A DNA stretch of 64,000 nucleotides from Eubacteriales bacterium (GCA_045652425.1 JAZRUG010000032.1:43846-107845), one strand, 5' to 3'. Shown: positions 11,201-17,343, counted from the first letter of the stretch. Translations and numbers: made by a program. The notes: generated by a model from the sequence alone, not told the origin.

Positions 11201-12141
11201 TGCCACTGCTTGTTGTGATATGGGTTTTTGTGATGTCCCCATTTTTCAAAACATTCTTTGCAAATATCTATATTCGCTGTTTCAATTTCGAAATTGTATT
11301 CAACAAGTTTTACTTCATCAAGCAAACGGAGTCCGTCTATAGTAGTTGCAACGTCTGTTCCCTCTACAAGCTTTGCTTCGTACCAAGTCTGTTTTTCCAT
11401 GGGTACAACGGGTGTGAGAAGTGCCACGCCGTACTTCTTCATACCCTCGGTTATTTTTCCCTCAAGGGTGTTGTTAAGTTTGATAAGTACACTTTCGTCA
11501 CTATACTTGACAGTTCCGTTTTCAACAAGCTCGGGATATACTTCGTCAAAAGGCTTCGTCATTGCACCGTTTTCGTCATACGTACCGTCATTATCTTTGA
11601 CTGTCTCCGAAGTATCGGCTACAAGAGGCGCTTTGTTTGTGCCTAAATTAACAATACCCGAATCGTTGTTTGCATTTGTTGAGGTCTTGTTGTTATCCAA
11701 TCCTTGAATAAGCTCTTCAACATAGTCGTTGATTTCTTCGTCGGTCATATTTTCGGTGTTTTCACCGTTACCGAGAACTTCAACAACTTTTTCAAACTCT
11801 TCTCTGCTTCCTAATGCAGATTCATTCTTTTCGTTTGTTACGGTCTTATTGTTATCCAATCCTTGAATAAGCTCTTCAACATAGTCGTTGATTTCTTCGT
11901 CGGTCATATTTTCGGTGTTTTCACCGTTGCCGAGAACTTCAACAACTTTTTCAAGCTCTTCTCTGCTTCCTAATGCAGATTCTTCAAACTTTTGGAGTGT
12001 GTTTGCATTACCATTTTCCTTGGGCAATACTTTTACCGTGTCCGAAGTCGGAACTTTCGCGCATCCGACAACACCTAAAAGCATTATTGCCGCAAGAAGA
12101 AATGCTAACGTTCTTCTTGGGAATAAATGCATTTTTTTCAT
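5212..12141 (-). CDS. Giant (2309 aa) lipoprotein-type subtilisin-family (S8) serine protease with multiple Ig-like, lectin-like, propeller-like and FN3 modules and a C-terminal dockerin
   Basis: One uninterrupted ORF. Lipobox LGVVGC (Cys27). Catalytic triad motifs VAVIDTGVD (Asp342), HGTHVAG (His397) and GTSMAAP (Ser565), plus the oxyanion ASAGNSG. The C-terminus is DVDGDGTVTNKD...DLNSDEQLSAVE. RBS GGAGGA before the ATG. Confidence 0.9.
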   Translation of the reverse strand: MKKMHLFPRRTLAFLLAAIMLLGVVGCAKVPTSDTVKVLPKENGNANTLQKFEESALGSREELEKVVEVLGNGENTENMTDEEINDYVEELIQGLDNNKTVTNEKNESALGSREEFEKVVEVLGNGENTENMTDEEINDYVEELIQGLDNNKTSTNANNDSGIVNLGTNKAPLVADTSETVKDNDGTYDENGAMTKPFDEVYPELVENGTVKYSDESVLIKLNNTLEGKITEGMKKYGVALLTPVVPMEKQTWYEAKLVEGTDVATTIDGLRLLDEVKLVEYNFEIETANIDICKECFEKWGHHKNPYHNKQWHMHHCGVTDGLDKVEEVGGSSSVIVAVIDTGVDYDHEDLSENIWVNTKEIAGNGKDDDNNGYIDDYYGVNLVAGKGNGDDDNGHGTHVAGVIAAQNNNVGVVGIASNVKIMPIKAAAANGTLNQATIAKAVLYAYENGAEIINMSFGGTACSIAVQDALAVAYSRCVLVASAGNSGMPNEETDNYLNPLPNYPAGLTYVLGVMSVDENGVESSFSNWDAKAFNGVEYELYAPGEAIMSTLPNNQYGILSGTSMAAPTVSAIAAILRSEFKDRDMYPTKFIYGQLACTSDYHATCINPKEHTVNGMPHNLPQIVNLDAALTKLPKPEVSVQDFAAFDTEGFKNDKDKVNNGDGVIDAGETVALGLTLRNRWGMSEDTVVSINANNNGVADPYITFINPTVNYGSVGTYSTQDCGKIYTDELLTGWENPFYVRIAKDCPNDYRFTIYVTITCKNALDEADETVYTSESKINLTVRSGKILPSVIDEDMVLTADNLYIIPNSTVINEGVTVRVESGTHIQFWSDDANDPYASDYIAYLLVNGKFLVEGTKENPVYIYPSQLMDKYNVELTQSSNGYISLKYADITNLATGSSGNTGLYNIIGHADHCTFRFNYGNNMYYRHVYSGKVGYAFTSNPYLASFNNVNDSVFYKIGAYSQVYISGNADRCIFVECGLEGQIITLSSKLKAQNCVFLKNLFVDQTSPDRSINFTYTVPSVSLYSYINKISYREETGTTYIVSNGAINQYYLEQLGGSFVIIESQEEAEWIKMNFSEFSGFTVGIKYDALKNKAVWYDGTEIADFLDPNGVTQKYCSNYCFLSYLMKINDDSWSYYLYEIPGDILPTEITFTEYEVSMDTEMTYQITPTNKPVQLGLDRFVYESNDENVITVDENGLVTPVGVGNADVYVYSKDRAVSNYISFEVIEYVPLENIELQLKEENSLLAAGETLSTKVTFTPENTTRRNVKYSSSNENVATVDAVGVIYGVSSGTTTITATCEEFTASVEITVYVKAVSLEFDKTVMKIALSESAVEFPMIITNEGAEPELNWRLTDSNVVVIDDDKLIPKTAGTSTLVVKDERSGLVATCLINVSDNDYSPIKKIDIRYSETYREGITMILLENGELYCRSESVNWTVSNVDDFSISYCSPEYPMLLKKDGSVEYVYRTDGSSKSISGFEGLNIKSVACYKISTYTFSFYTYFVITEDGKVYAKGENGNILGVGSSDAVKSTAELVQLPEKVIDIVCGYNITYFHTENGNVYCADSTRLYPTKIAENIVELYAGNIGSLSTCYARNTDGEWCSISSSGVTVRKSPAEQFDSFKVYKSDSTAIGVLNGGVYTFKSGSDSITKVPGITNAIDVFAYDGMHYVVTPEALLCFNDGETPYVVHLKPLLVENLTLTATNLSEYLVLSDENLVLTFNKALKNVSLVLYARDEQVVAIPRIENVNDVILSSAIFEEGVEYTLLFSAGDLAGAEGVTNAEDITITFTYKAPETDTEIEEDTEIETEEKEPVIHDSVLDTTIERIYTAESFVAKLQSLLAELQINPNFYGNAILNPISTDTDVTHWLRPIAPTVTAGAYSEIPLAENYWGTTNERAIELQMVDYSDFITYNRLMYAPYLTEAPENTFPFVTSVSLINKTGEVVTTVGNEEVTFRVTFNRDMDTSIPLRFTFGSAYPYADYTVEGSYVDARTWEGKYTLTTVIENGNQFVAISNGCSATEDLTLQPDNARFAFVIDTTAAQALIMQGEATDTGINLRWTQDDFDTLMGYNVYRSTSLNGLYQRVNKTVIPFDTMEFFDDTVEPGVVYYYNFTVVKTDLTESTPSGKITIMSKDTMAPNIYHSPVYSATMGQNLIISADVTDNLTISYANLYFRTKGQTEWKTVRMNNLNDKYSAIIPASSLELEGLEYYIEAFDGVSYTYRGSASEPYAVTVKESIDKNSLGDVDGDGTVTNKDALILLLAISHKYNMTEDEFKRADLNSDEQLSAVEALRILHYVTGKVGSLDMTA
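5227..5415 (-). other. Dockerin module of the protease (aa ~2243-2305)
   Basis: GDVDGDGTVTNKDALILLLAI ... ADLNSDEQLSAVEALRILHYV has two Ca-loop + helix repeats. Residues at the putative recognition positions differ from those of the adaptor dockerin. Confidence 0.8.
5767..6006 (-). other. Fibronectin type III-like domain, aa ~2046-2125
   Basis: INLRWTQDDFDTLMGYNVYRSTSLNGLYQRVNKTVIP...TVEPGVVYYYNFTVV shows the classic FN3 W ... Y-x-V-Y-R ... Y-Y-Y pattern. Confidence 0.7.
7057..7944 (-). other. Degenerate RCC1-like / beta-propeller repeat region, aa ~1400-1695, tentative
   Basis: Recurrent ~50-aa units carry the pattern (E/D)(D/N)G-x-(V/L)Y, e.g. EDGKVYAKGENGNILGVGSS, TENGNVYCADS, LENGELYCRSE and NGGVYTFKSGS. 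Confidence 0.45.
7951..8694 (-). other. Three tandem bacterial Ig-like (Big_2-type) domains, aa ~1150-1397
   Basis: Repeated ~80-aa units contain ...ENVITVDENGLVTPVGVGNADVYVYS..., ...ENVATVDAVGVIYGVSSGTTTITATC... and ...VVVIDDDKLIPKTAGTSTLVVKD..., which are typical Big_2 signatures. Confidence 0.75.
8707..9024 (-). other. C-type-lectin-like module (aa ~1040-1145), tentative
   Basis: The pattern LGGSFVIIESQEEAEWIKMNF ... FTVGIKYD ... AVWYDGTEIADF ... YCFLSY ... NDDSW resembles the CTLD layout (GG-x-L-x-x-I-x-S-x-EE-x-x-F; WIGL; W-x-W-x-DG; W-x-D). The canonical cysteines are not all present. Confidence 0.4.
10222..11154 (-). other. Peptidase S8 (subtilisin) catalytic domain, aa ~330-640
   Basis: The Asp342 codon is at 11116-11118, His397 at 10951-10953 and Ser565 at 10447-10449. 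All sit in canonical subtilase motif contexts. It is preceded (aa ~205-290) by a propeptide/I9-like segment. Confidence 0.9.
11665..11982. repeat. Tandem 159-bp (53-aa) direct duplication inside the protease gene
   Basis: 11683-11823 and 11842-11982 align with a 159-bp period and only 3 mismatches by eye. They encode ESALGSREE(L/F)EKVVEVLGNGENTENMTDEEINDYVEELIQGLDNNKT twice (aa 54-106 and 107-159). Confidence 0.95.
12061..12141 (-). other. Lipoprotein signal peptide (SPase II lipobox, Cys27)
   Basis: MKKMHLFPRRTLAFLLAAIMLLGVVG-C has a positive n-region, a hydrophobic core and V-V-G-C matching the [LVI][ASTVI][GAS]C lipobox. Confidence 0.8.
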
Positions 12142-12228
12142 GACATATCCTCCATTGCACTATGTACAAATCTATTTATTGGGTTATTTGTATAAAAACA
12201 CAAAAAAGTAAATATTTATACAGTTTAT

Positions 12229-12257
12229 ATTCTATTACTTTTCGAGAGGAATGTCAA
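12229..12257 (-). promoter_or_regulatory. Sigma-A type promoter of the protease/cohesin operon
   Basis: On the minus strand: TTGACA (12257-12252), 17-nt spacer, TAGAAT (12234-12229), about 90 nt upstream of the ATG at 12141. Confidence 0.6.
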
Positions 12258-12289
12258 TTGATATTGTTCACAAAAAAATATGCTTATAC

Positions 12290-13591
12290 TTATATAACTT
12301 TCCTTATGTTATACTTCGCGTTAAGCACGAGCCAGTTTTGCGGGAACCATTCCATCAAATTCCAATACCCTACGCCGTATAAATTGTATTCGGGTACGAG
12401 CTTTAATTTTTCGTCGATACTCCTTGCGTCATCAAACCATACTACATGTTCCGTTCCATTTTCCGTATAGTTGAAAAAAGGTGTCTGCGCCACTTCGTCA
12501 AAGTTTATACTTACACCTTTTTCTATTGCTAAATCAACCGCTTCAACGTTGGATATTTTTTGAGCTTTCGTTGTTCCCATCTGATAAGGTAAAGGCCAGT
12601 CATACGCGTAATTTGGCACTCCTAAAAATATCTTTTCGGGGTTTATTACACCAACACCGTAGTTCAGCACCCTCTCTACTTCATTTAAGGGAGCTACTGC
12701 CATTGGAGGTCCAAATGTATATCCCCATTCGTACGTCATAAGCAAAACATAATCGCTTACCGCGCCTATACCGCCGTAATCGTGCGACTCATATAATCCA
12801 CCGGGTTGATCCCCCGACGCTTTCGGTATAAGCGCGGTAATCAATATATATCCGTTTTCATTTAATGCAATCCCGAGACGTCTTACGAAATCTGTATATT
12901 TATCTCTGTTTGCACCGTCAAGATACTCAAAATCCACGTCAAAACCGTAATAATTCTTCTCGTTCATTCTTGTAATTATGTTTTGAATAAGCACATCTTG
13001 CGCCTGTCGGTTGTTTAGAAATGCGTTACCAAGCTCACTACTGAAAACTCCTGCTTCGGTTAAGGTTGATAGGTGCATTATCGGAGCTACACCGTATTCT
13101 CGCGCGAGTGATATTATCTCGTCTTCGTCAAGTCCGAAATCGGTTATTCCTCTATCCACAAGCTGTCCATCGGGGGTGAATCCGTATGTGAATAGTGTTA
13201 TGTATGTCAAATACGGCAGGGTTCTTATAAGCGTATCTCGTTCAACAAATGGATATATATATCCGTTTACAGCTATTTCTCCTTGTTTCTCGGTCGTATA
13301 ATCTATTATTATCGTTTGCCCTGCGAATATTTCGTCTCTTCCTTTAAGTATAGGGTTATTGCGGAGAAGCTGATTCACAGATACTCCGTAACTGTTCGCA
13401 ATCCCTTCAAGTGTATCTCCCAGCTGTACTGTATAAACTTGTTCGGGATACAAAATAACTATAGTCTGACCAACAGTTATTTTTCCCTCTTCGTTAAGCT
13501 CATTTTGCGATATAAGTCTCGACAACGGTACACCGTATTCTCGGGCTATAGAATCAAGAGTATCCCCCGGCTGAACAACATAAATTATCAT
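12290..13591 (-). CDS. LysM-LysM-GH18 spore cortex hydrolase-like protein (YaaH/SleL family)
   Basis: Two LysM repeats (YVVQPGDTLDSIAREYGVPLSRLISQN; YTVQLGDTLEGIANSYGVSVNQLLRNN) are followed by a GH18-type TIM barrel (GFDVDFEYL catalytic-region motif). The start is set at ATG 13591 behind the RBS GGGGAG. The track's longer N-terminus would overlap the ahcY terminator. Confidence 0.8.
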   Translation of the reverse strand: MIIYVVQPGDTLDSIAREYGVPLSRLISQNELNEEGKITVGQTIVILYPEQVYTVQLGDTLEGIANSYGVSVNQLLRNNPILKGRDEIFAGQTIIIDYTTEKQGEIAVNGYIYPFVERDTLIRTLPYLTYITLFTYGFTPDGQLVDRGITDFGLDEDEIISLAREYGVAPIMHLSTLTEAGVFSSELGNAFLNNRQAQDVLIQNIITRMNEKNYYGFDVDFEYLDGANRDKYTDFVRRLGIALNENGYILITALIPKASGDQPGGLYESHDYGGIGAVSDYVLLMTYEWGYTFGPPMAVAPLNEVERVLNYGVGVINPEKIFLGVPNYAYDWPLPYQMGTTKAQKISNVEAVDLAIEKGVSINFDEVAQTPFFNYTENGTEHVVWFDDARSIDEKLKLVPEYNLYGVGYWNLMEWFPQNWLVLNAKYNIRKVI

Positions 13592-13639
13592 ATTAATCTC
13601 CCCTAAAGCAAAAATATATACTATTATCTTATTCGACGA

Positions 13640-13680
13640 AAAAATAAAGGTGCAGTCCATAATAAGCGAACTGCACCTAT
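13640..13680 (-). terminator. Rho-independent terminator of ahcY
   Basis: Minus strand: AGGTGCAGT / ACTGCACCT 9-bp stem followed by TTATTTTTT. Confidence 0.75.
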
Positions 13681-13691
13681 GCAATATATTT

Positions 13692-14933
13692 TTATTCAGC
13701 TTTATTCAGATATTCAATCTGTTCATTTGAAAGTTTATCTATTGAAACGCCGAGAGCTTTTAATTTTAATTCTGCAACCTTTTGGTCGATTTCTACGGGA
13801 ACACTATAGAGTTTATGTTCCAAAGCACCTTCCGTTTTTACAAGATATTCTAGGCATTTTGCCTGAAGGCTGAAGCTCATATCCATTATTTCTGCGGGGT
13901 GTCCGTTTCCTGCCGCGAGGTTAACAAGTCTGCCCTCCGCCATAAGATTAAGCACTCTGCCGTCAGCCATTTTATAGCCTACGATATTGGGCTTTCTGTC
14001 AAATACTTCTATAGCACATTCTTTCAACGCCTTCTTATCAATTTCACAATCGAAATGACCTGAATTGGAAATAAGAACGCCGTCTTTCATAACCTCAAAA
14101 TGTTCTTTTCTTATAACGTCGCAACAGCCTGTAACGGTTATAAACAAATCGCCTATTCTCGCCGCATCGTCCATCTTCATTACGGTAAATCCGTCCATTA
14201 CAGCTTCAATAGCCTTAACGTTGTCAATTTCTGTAATTACGGGTATACCGCCCATACCTTTAACGCGCATAGCAATACCCTTACCGCACCAACCGTACCC
14301 TGCAATTACAACTGTTTTTCCTGCGATAATCAAGTTTGTACTATTCATTATACCGTCTAACGTCGATTGCCCTGTTCCGTAACGGTTATCAAAAAGATGC
14401 TTACAGTCAGCGTCGTTTATATTAATCATTGTATAATCGAGTTTTCCTTGAGCCTGTTTTGCCTTAAGTCTATGAATACCCGTTGTTGTCTCTTCACAAC
14501 CGCCGATAAGATTCTTACCATATTCGCGACACTCACCTTGAAGGAGATTTATCAAATCGCCGCCGTCGTCTATCATAACGTGAGGACAAAGAGAGAGTGT
14601 TTTCTTCAGGTGTTCTTTATATTCCTCTTCATTTACTCCACGCCAAGCGTTAACCTCAAAACCTTCGGCAACAAGAGCCGCCGCAACGTCATCTTGTGTC
14701 GAAAGAGGATTACAACCGGTAACATATACTTCCGCTCCGCCTGCCTTCAAAACCTTTGCAAGAAACGCGGTCTTTGCTTCAAGGTGAATAGACATAGATA
14801 TTTTTTTACCTGCAAAAGGTTGGGTTTCCTCAAATTCTTTCTTGATTATATTCAAAACAGGCATATAGCTTTCTACCCATTTTATTTTATCCGCGCCCGA
14901 GGGAGCAAGATTTATATCCTTGATATTACTCAT
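13692..14933 (-). CDS. ahcY: Adenosylhomocysteinase (S-adenosyl-L-homocysteine hydrolase)
   Basis: 413 aa: ...GADKIKWVESYMPVL...HLEAKTAFLAKVLKAGGAEV...GCNPLSTQDDVAAAL...GYGWCGKG (NAD fold)... Archaeal/Firmicute short-type SAHH. Confidence 0.92.
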   Translation of the reverse strand: MSNIKDINLAPSGADKIKWVESYMPVLNIIKKEFEETQPFAGKKISMSIHLEAKTAFLAKVLKAGGAEVYVTGCNPLSTQDDVAAALVAEGFEVNAWRGVNEEEYKEHLKKTLSLCPHVMIDDGGDLINLLQGECREYGKNLIGGCEETTTGIHRLKAKQAQGKLDYTMININDADCKHLFDNRYGTGQSTLDGIMNSTNLIIAGKTVVIAGYGWCGKGIAMRVKGMGGIPVITEIDNVKAIEAVMDGFTVMKMDDAARIGDLFITVTGCCDVIRKEHFEVMKDGVLISNSGHFDCEIDKKALKECAIEVFDRKPNIVGYKMADGRVLNLMAEGRLVNLAAGNGHPAEIMDMSFSLQAKCLEYLVKTEGALEHKLYSVPVEIDQKVAELKLKALGVSIDKLSNEQIEYLNKAE

Positions 14934-14970
14934 AATTCTCTCCTTAAAATTTTGCTTTCTTCCGAATCAT

Positions 14971-14999
14971 ATTATAACAGATTTTACTTATTTAGTCAA
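14971..14999 (-). promoter_or_regulatory. Sigma-A type promoter of ahcY
   Basis: Minus strand: TTGACT (14999-14994), 17-nt spacer, TATAAT (14976-14971). The leader is only ~35 nt. Confidence 0.65.
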
Positions 15000-15097
15000 T
15001 TTTTTTGCATAATTTTATGTTTTTTTAATATAATTTACTTTATCAATCTTCTTTTTTTGTTAAATTTGTAATTATTTTGTTTTTTTAACAAAAAATA

Positions 15098-15126
15098 TTG
15101 TAAAACGAAAATTTCTGTGCTATAAT
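15098..15126 (+). promoter_or_regulatory. Sigma-A type promoter of pgk-tpiA
   Basis: TTGTAA (15098-15103), 17-nt spacer, TATAAT (15121-15126). Confidence 0.6.
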
Positions 15127-15195
15127 AAATAAGATTGATACAGATATCAATTTGATTAGTTTGAAAAAAATAAAATAATTATATGAGGTGAAAAA

Positions 15196-16497
15196 ATGTA
15201 CAACAAGAAATCTATTAAAGATGTAGCTGTTGCCGGCAAAAAAGTTATCGCTAGATGCGACTTCAACGTACCTATGCAGGACGGCGTAATCACCGACGAC
15301 AAGAGAATTGTTGGAGCTCTTCCCACAATCAAATATCTTGTAGACAACGGTGCGGCAGTTATTCTCTGCTCACACATGGGACGCCCCCACAATATCCTCA
15401 ATGAAACTTTGAAGCTCAGCAAGAAGGACAAGAAAAAAATCGATGCTCTTCCCGAAGAAGAGAGAGAAGCTGCAGCTGCAAAAATCCTCGCAAAAGCAAA
15501 AGATGAATTCACTACCCTTTCTCTCGCACCTGTTGCAAAGAGGATCTCCGAGCTTCTCGGTAAAGAAGTAATTATGGCAAAAGACGTTGTAGGAGAAGAC
15601 GCAATGGCTAAAGCTAAAGCGCTCAAGTCCGGCGAAGTTATGCTTCTCGAAAACGTTCGTTTCCACGAAGAAGAAGAAAAGAATAACGAAGAATTCGCAA
15701 AGAAGCTCGCTTCTATGGCTGATATCTACGTTAACGATGCATTCGGTACAGCTCACAGAGCTCATGCTACAACAGCAGGTATCGCTCAGTTCTGCCCCGA
15801 AATGCCTGCAGTTTGCGGAACTCTTATCCAGAAAGAAATCGACGTTATGGGCGGCGCTCTTTCCGAACCCAAGCGTCCTTTCGTTGCTATCCTCGGCGGC
15901 GCAAAGGTTTCCGACAAGATTGGTGTTATCGAAAACCTTATCAACAAAGTTGACACACTTATCGTTGGCGGCGCTATGGCTTACACCTTTAACAAGGCTC
16001 TCGGCTACGAAATCGCTGATTCAAAATTCGAAGAAGACAAACTTGACCTTGCTCTTGAACTTATGAAGAAAGCAGAAGCTAAAGGCGTAAAATTCTTGCT
16101 TCCCGTTGATAACCGCGCAGGCGACAAGTTTGATAACGACTGCAACGTACTTGTTGTTAGTTCCGAAAAAATTCCTGCTGGTTATATGGGCCTCGATATT
16201 GGTCCCAAGACAGAAGAACTTTTTGCAGATGCTATTAAGAGCGCAGGTACAGTTATCTGGAACGGTCCTATGGGTGTGTTTGAGTTCGAAACATTTGCAA
16301 ACGGTACAAAAGCGGTTGCAAAGGCTGTTGCTGAAAGCAATGCAATCTCCATCATTGGTGGCGGCGACTCTGCGGCAGCAGTTGAATTGCTCGGTTACGC
16401 TGACAAAATGACTCACATCTCTACCGGTGGCGGCGCATCTCTCGAATTCCTTGAAGGTAAAGACCTCCCCGGAATCTCTTGCCTTAACGACAAATAA
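15196..16497 (+). CDS. pgk: Phosphoglycerate kinase (with a ~40-aa internal insertion)
   Basis: 433 aa: ...RCDFNVP...ILCSHMGRP...[18 protein letters not shown]...[13 protein letters not shown]...[11 protein letters not shown]...[18 protein letters not shown]. Confidence 0.95.
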   Translation: MYNKKSIKDVAVAGKKVIARCDFNVPMQDGVITDDKRIVGALPTIKYLVDNGAAVILCSHMGRPHNILNETLKLSKKDKKKIDALPEEEREAAAAKILAKAKDEFTTLSLAPVAKRISELLGKEVIMAKDVVGEDAMAKAKALKSGEVMLLENVRFHEEEEKNNEEFAKKLASMADIYVNDAFGTAHRAHATTAGIAQFCPEMPAVCGTLIQKEIDVMGGALSEPKRPFVAILGGAKVSDKIGVIENLINKVDTLIVGGAMAYTFNKALGYEIADSKFEEDKLDLALELMKKAEAKGVKFLLPVDNRAGDKFDNDCNVLVVSSEKIPAGYMGLDIGPKTEELFADAIKSAGTVIWNGPMGVFEFETFANGTKAVAKAVAESNAISIIGGGDSAAAVELLGYADKMTHISTGGGASLEFLEGKDLPGISCLNDK

Positions 16498-16524
16498 TTC
16501 ATTAACGATTGAAGGTATAATAAA

Positions 16525-17292
16525 ATGAACAGAGAAACAAGAAATACAGTTATCGCAGGTAACTGGAAAATGAACCTTACTCCCTCTAAGGCAAAGGCTG
16601 TTATCGAAGAGCTTAAGCCCTTGGTTGCAGGTAAGGACAACTGCACAACTATTCTTTGTGTTCCTTTCGTCGATATTGCAACAGCAGTTGAAGCGGCAAA
16701 GGGTTCAAACATTAAAATCGGCGCACAGAACGTTCACTTCGAAGAAAAGGGTGCTTTCACAGGCGAAATCGCAGCTGATATGCTCCTTGAAATCGGCGCT
16801 GAATACGTAATCATCGGCCACAGCGAACGCAGACAGTACTTCGGTGAAACAAACGAAACTGTTAACAAGAGAGTTCTTGCAGCTCTTAAAGCAGGTCTCA
16901 AAGTTATCCTCTGCGTTGGTGAAGTTCTTGAAGAACGCGAACAGGATATCACCGCTGAAATCGTTTCTTTGCAGACAAAGATCGCGCTCCTCGGTGTTGA
17001 CGAAGAAATGATGAAGAACGTTATTATCGCATACGAACCCGTTTGGGCAATCGGTACAGGCAAGACTGCCACTGCTGAACAGGCTGACGAAGTTTGCGGT
17101 ATTATCCGTAACGTTCTTGAAGCAAAGTACGGCAAGACCGTTGCTGAAGCAACTACTATCCAGTACGGCGGCTCTATGAATGCTGCAAACTCTGCAGAGC
17201 TTCTTTCCAAAGTTAACGTTGACGGCGGTCTCATCGGCGGCGCTTCTCTTAAACCCGCAGATTTCTCCGTTATCGTAAACAACGCTCAGTAA
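16525..17292 (+). CDS. tpiA: Triosephosphate isomerase
   Basis: 255 aa: AGNWKMN...IIGHSERR...YEPVWAIGTGKTAT...YGGSMN, the canonical TIM motifs. Confidence 0.95.
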   Translation: MNRETRNTVIAGNWKMNLTPSKAKAVIEELKPLVAGKDNCTTILCVPFVDIATAVEAAKGSNIKIGAQNVHFEEKGAFTGEIAADMLLEIGAEYVIIGHSERRQYFGETNETVNKRVLAALKAGLKVILCVGEVLEEREQDITAEIVSLQTKIALLGVDEEMMKNVIIAYEPVWAIGTGKTATAEQADEVCGIIRNVLEAKYGKTVAEATTIQYGGSMNAANSAELLSKVNVDGGLIGGASLKPADFSVIVNNAQ

Positions 17293-17313
17293 TTTTGAAA
17301 CTATATAAAAAAT

Positions 17314-17343
17314 CACTCCGACACAAATTCGGAGTGTTTTTTT
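17314..17343 (+). terminator. Rho-independent terminator after tpiA
   Basis: CACTCCG / CGGAGTG stem with a 9-nt loop, followed by a T-run. Confidence 0.8.

Noticed and set aside
10942-11707. Two long plus-strand ORFs (234 aa and 149 aa) inside the protease gene.
   Set aside because: They are antisense to the S8 catalytic domain, whose triad motifs are unambiguous. Their translations are low-complexity (V/I/F/S-rich) with no RBS. They are shadow ORFs.
5212-13591. The S8 protease next to a YaaH/SleL-like cortex hydrolase, considered as a Csp/SleC-type spore germination protease module.
   Set aside because: Csp subtilases are cytoplasm/spore-located, lack lipoprotein signals and dockerins, and are far smaller. 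The GH18 gene is a separate unit from the protease operon, which has its own promoter (12229-12257) just downstream of the GH18 stop. Adjacency is probably coincidental.
14367-15071. A 234-aa plus-strand ORF spanning the 5' part of ahcY and the intergenic region.
   Set aside because: It is antisense to ahcY, then runs through an AT-rich promoter region. It has no RBS and its composition is implausible.
14934-15195. The AT-rich divergent region between ahcY and pgk, checked for a SAM/SAH riboswitch upstream of ahcY.
   Set aside because: The ahcY leader between the predicted -10 (14971-14976) and the ATG is only ~35 nt and has no conserved SAH or SAM motif blocks. The region is explained by two back-to-back promoters.
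15156-17316. Long minus-strand ORFs antisense to pgk and tpiA (156, 131, 131, 203 and 182 aa).
   Set aside because: The plus-strand products are canonical PGK and TIM. The antisense frames stay open only because of the codon bias of these highly expressed genes. They have no start context and no recognisable motifs.
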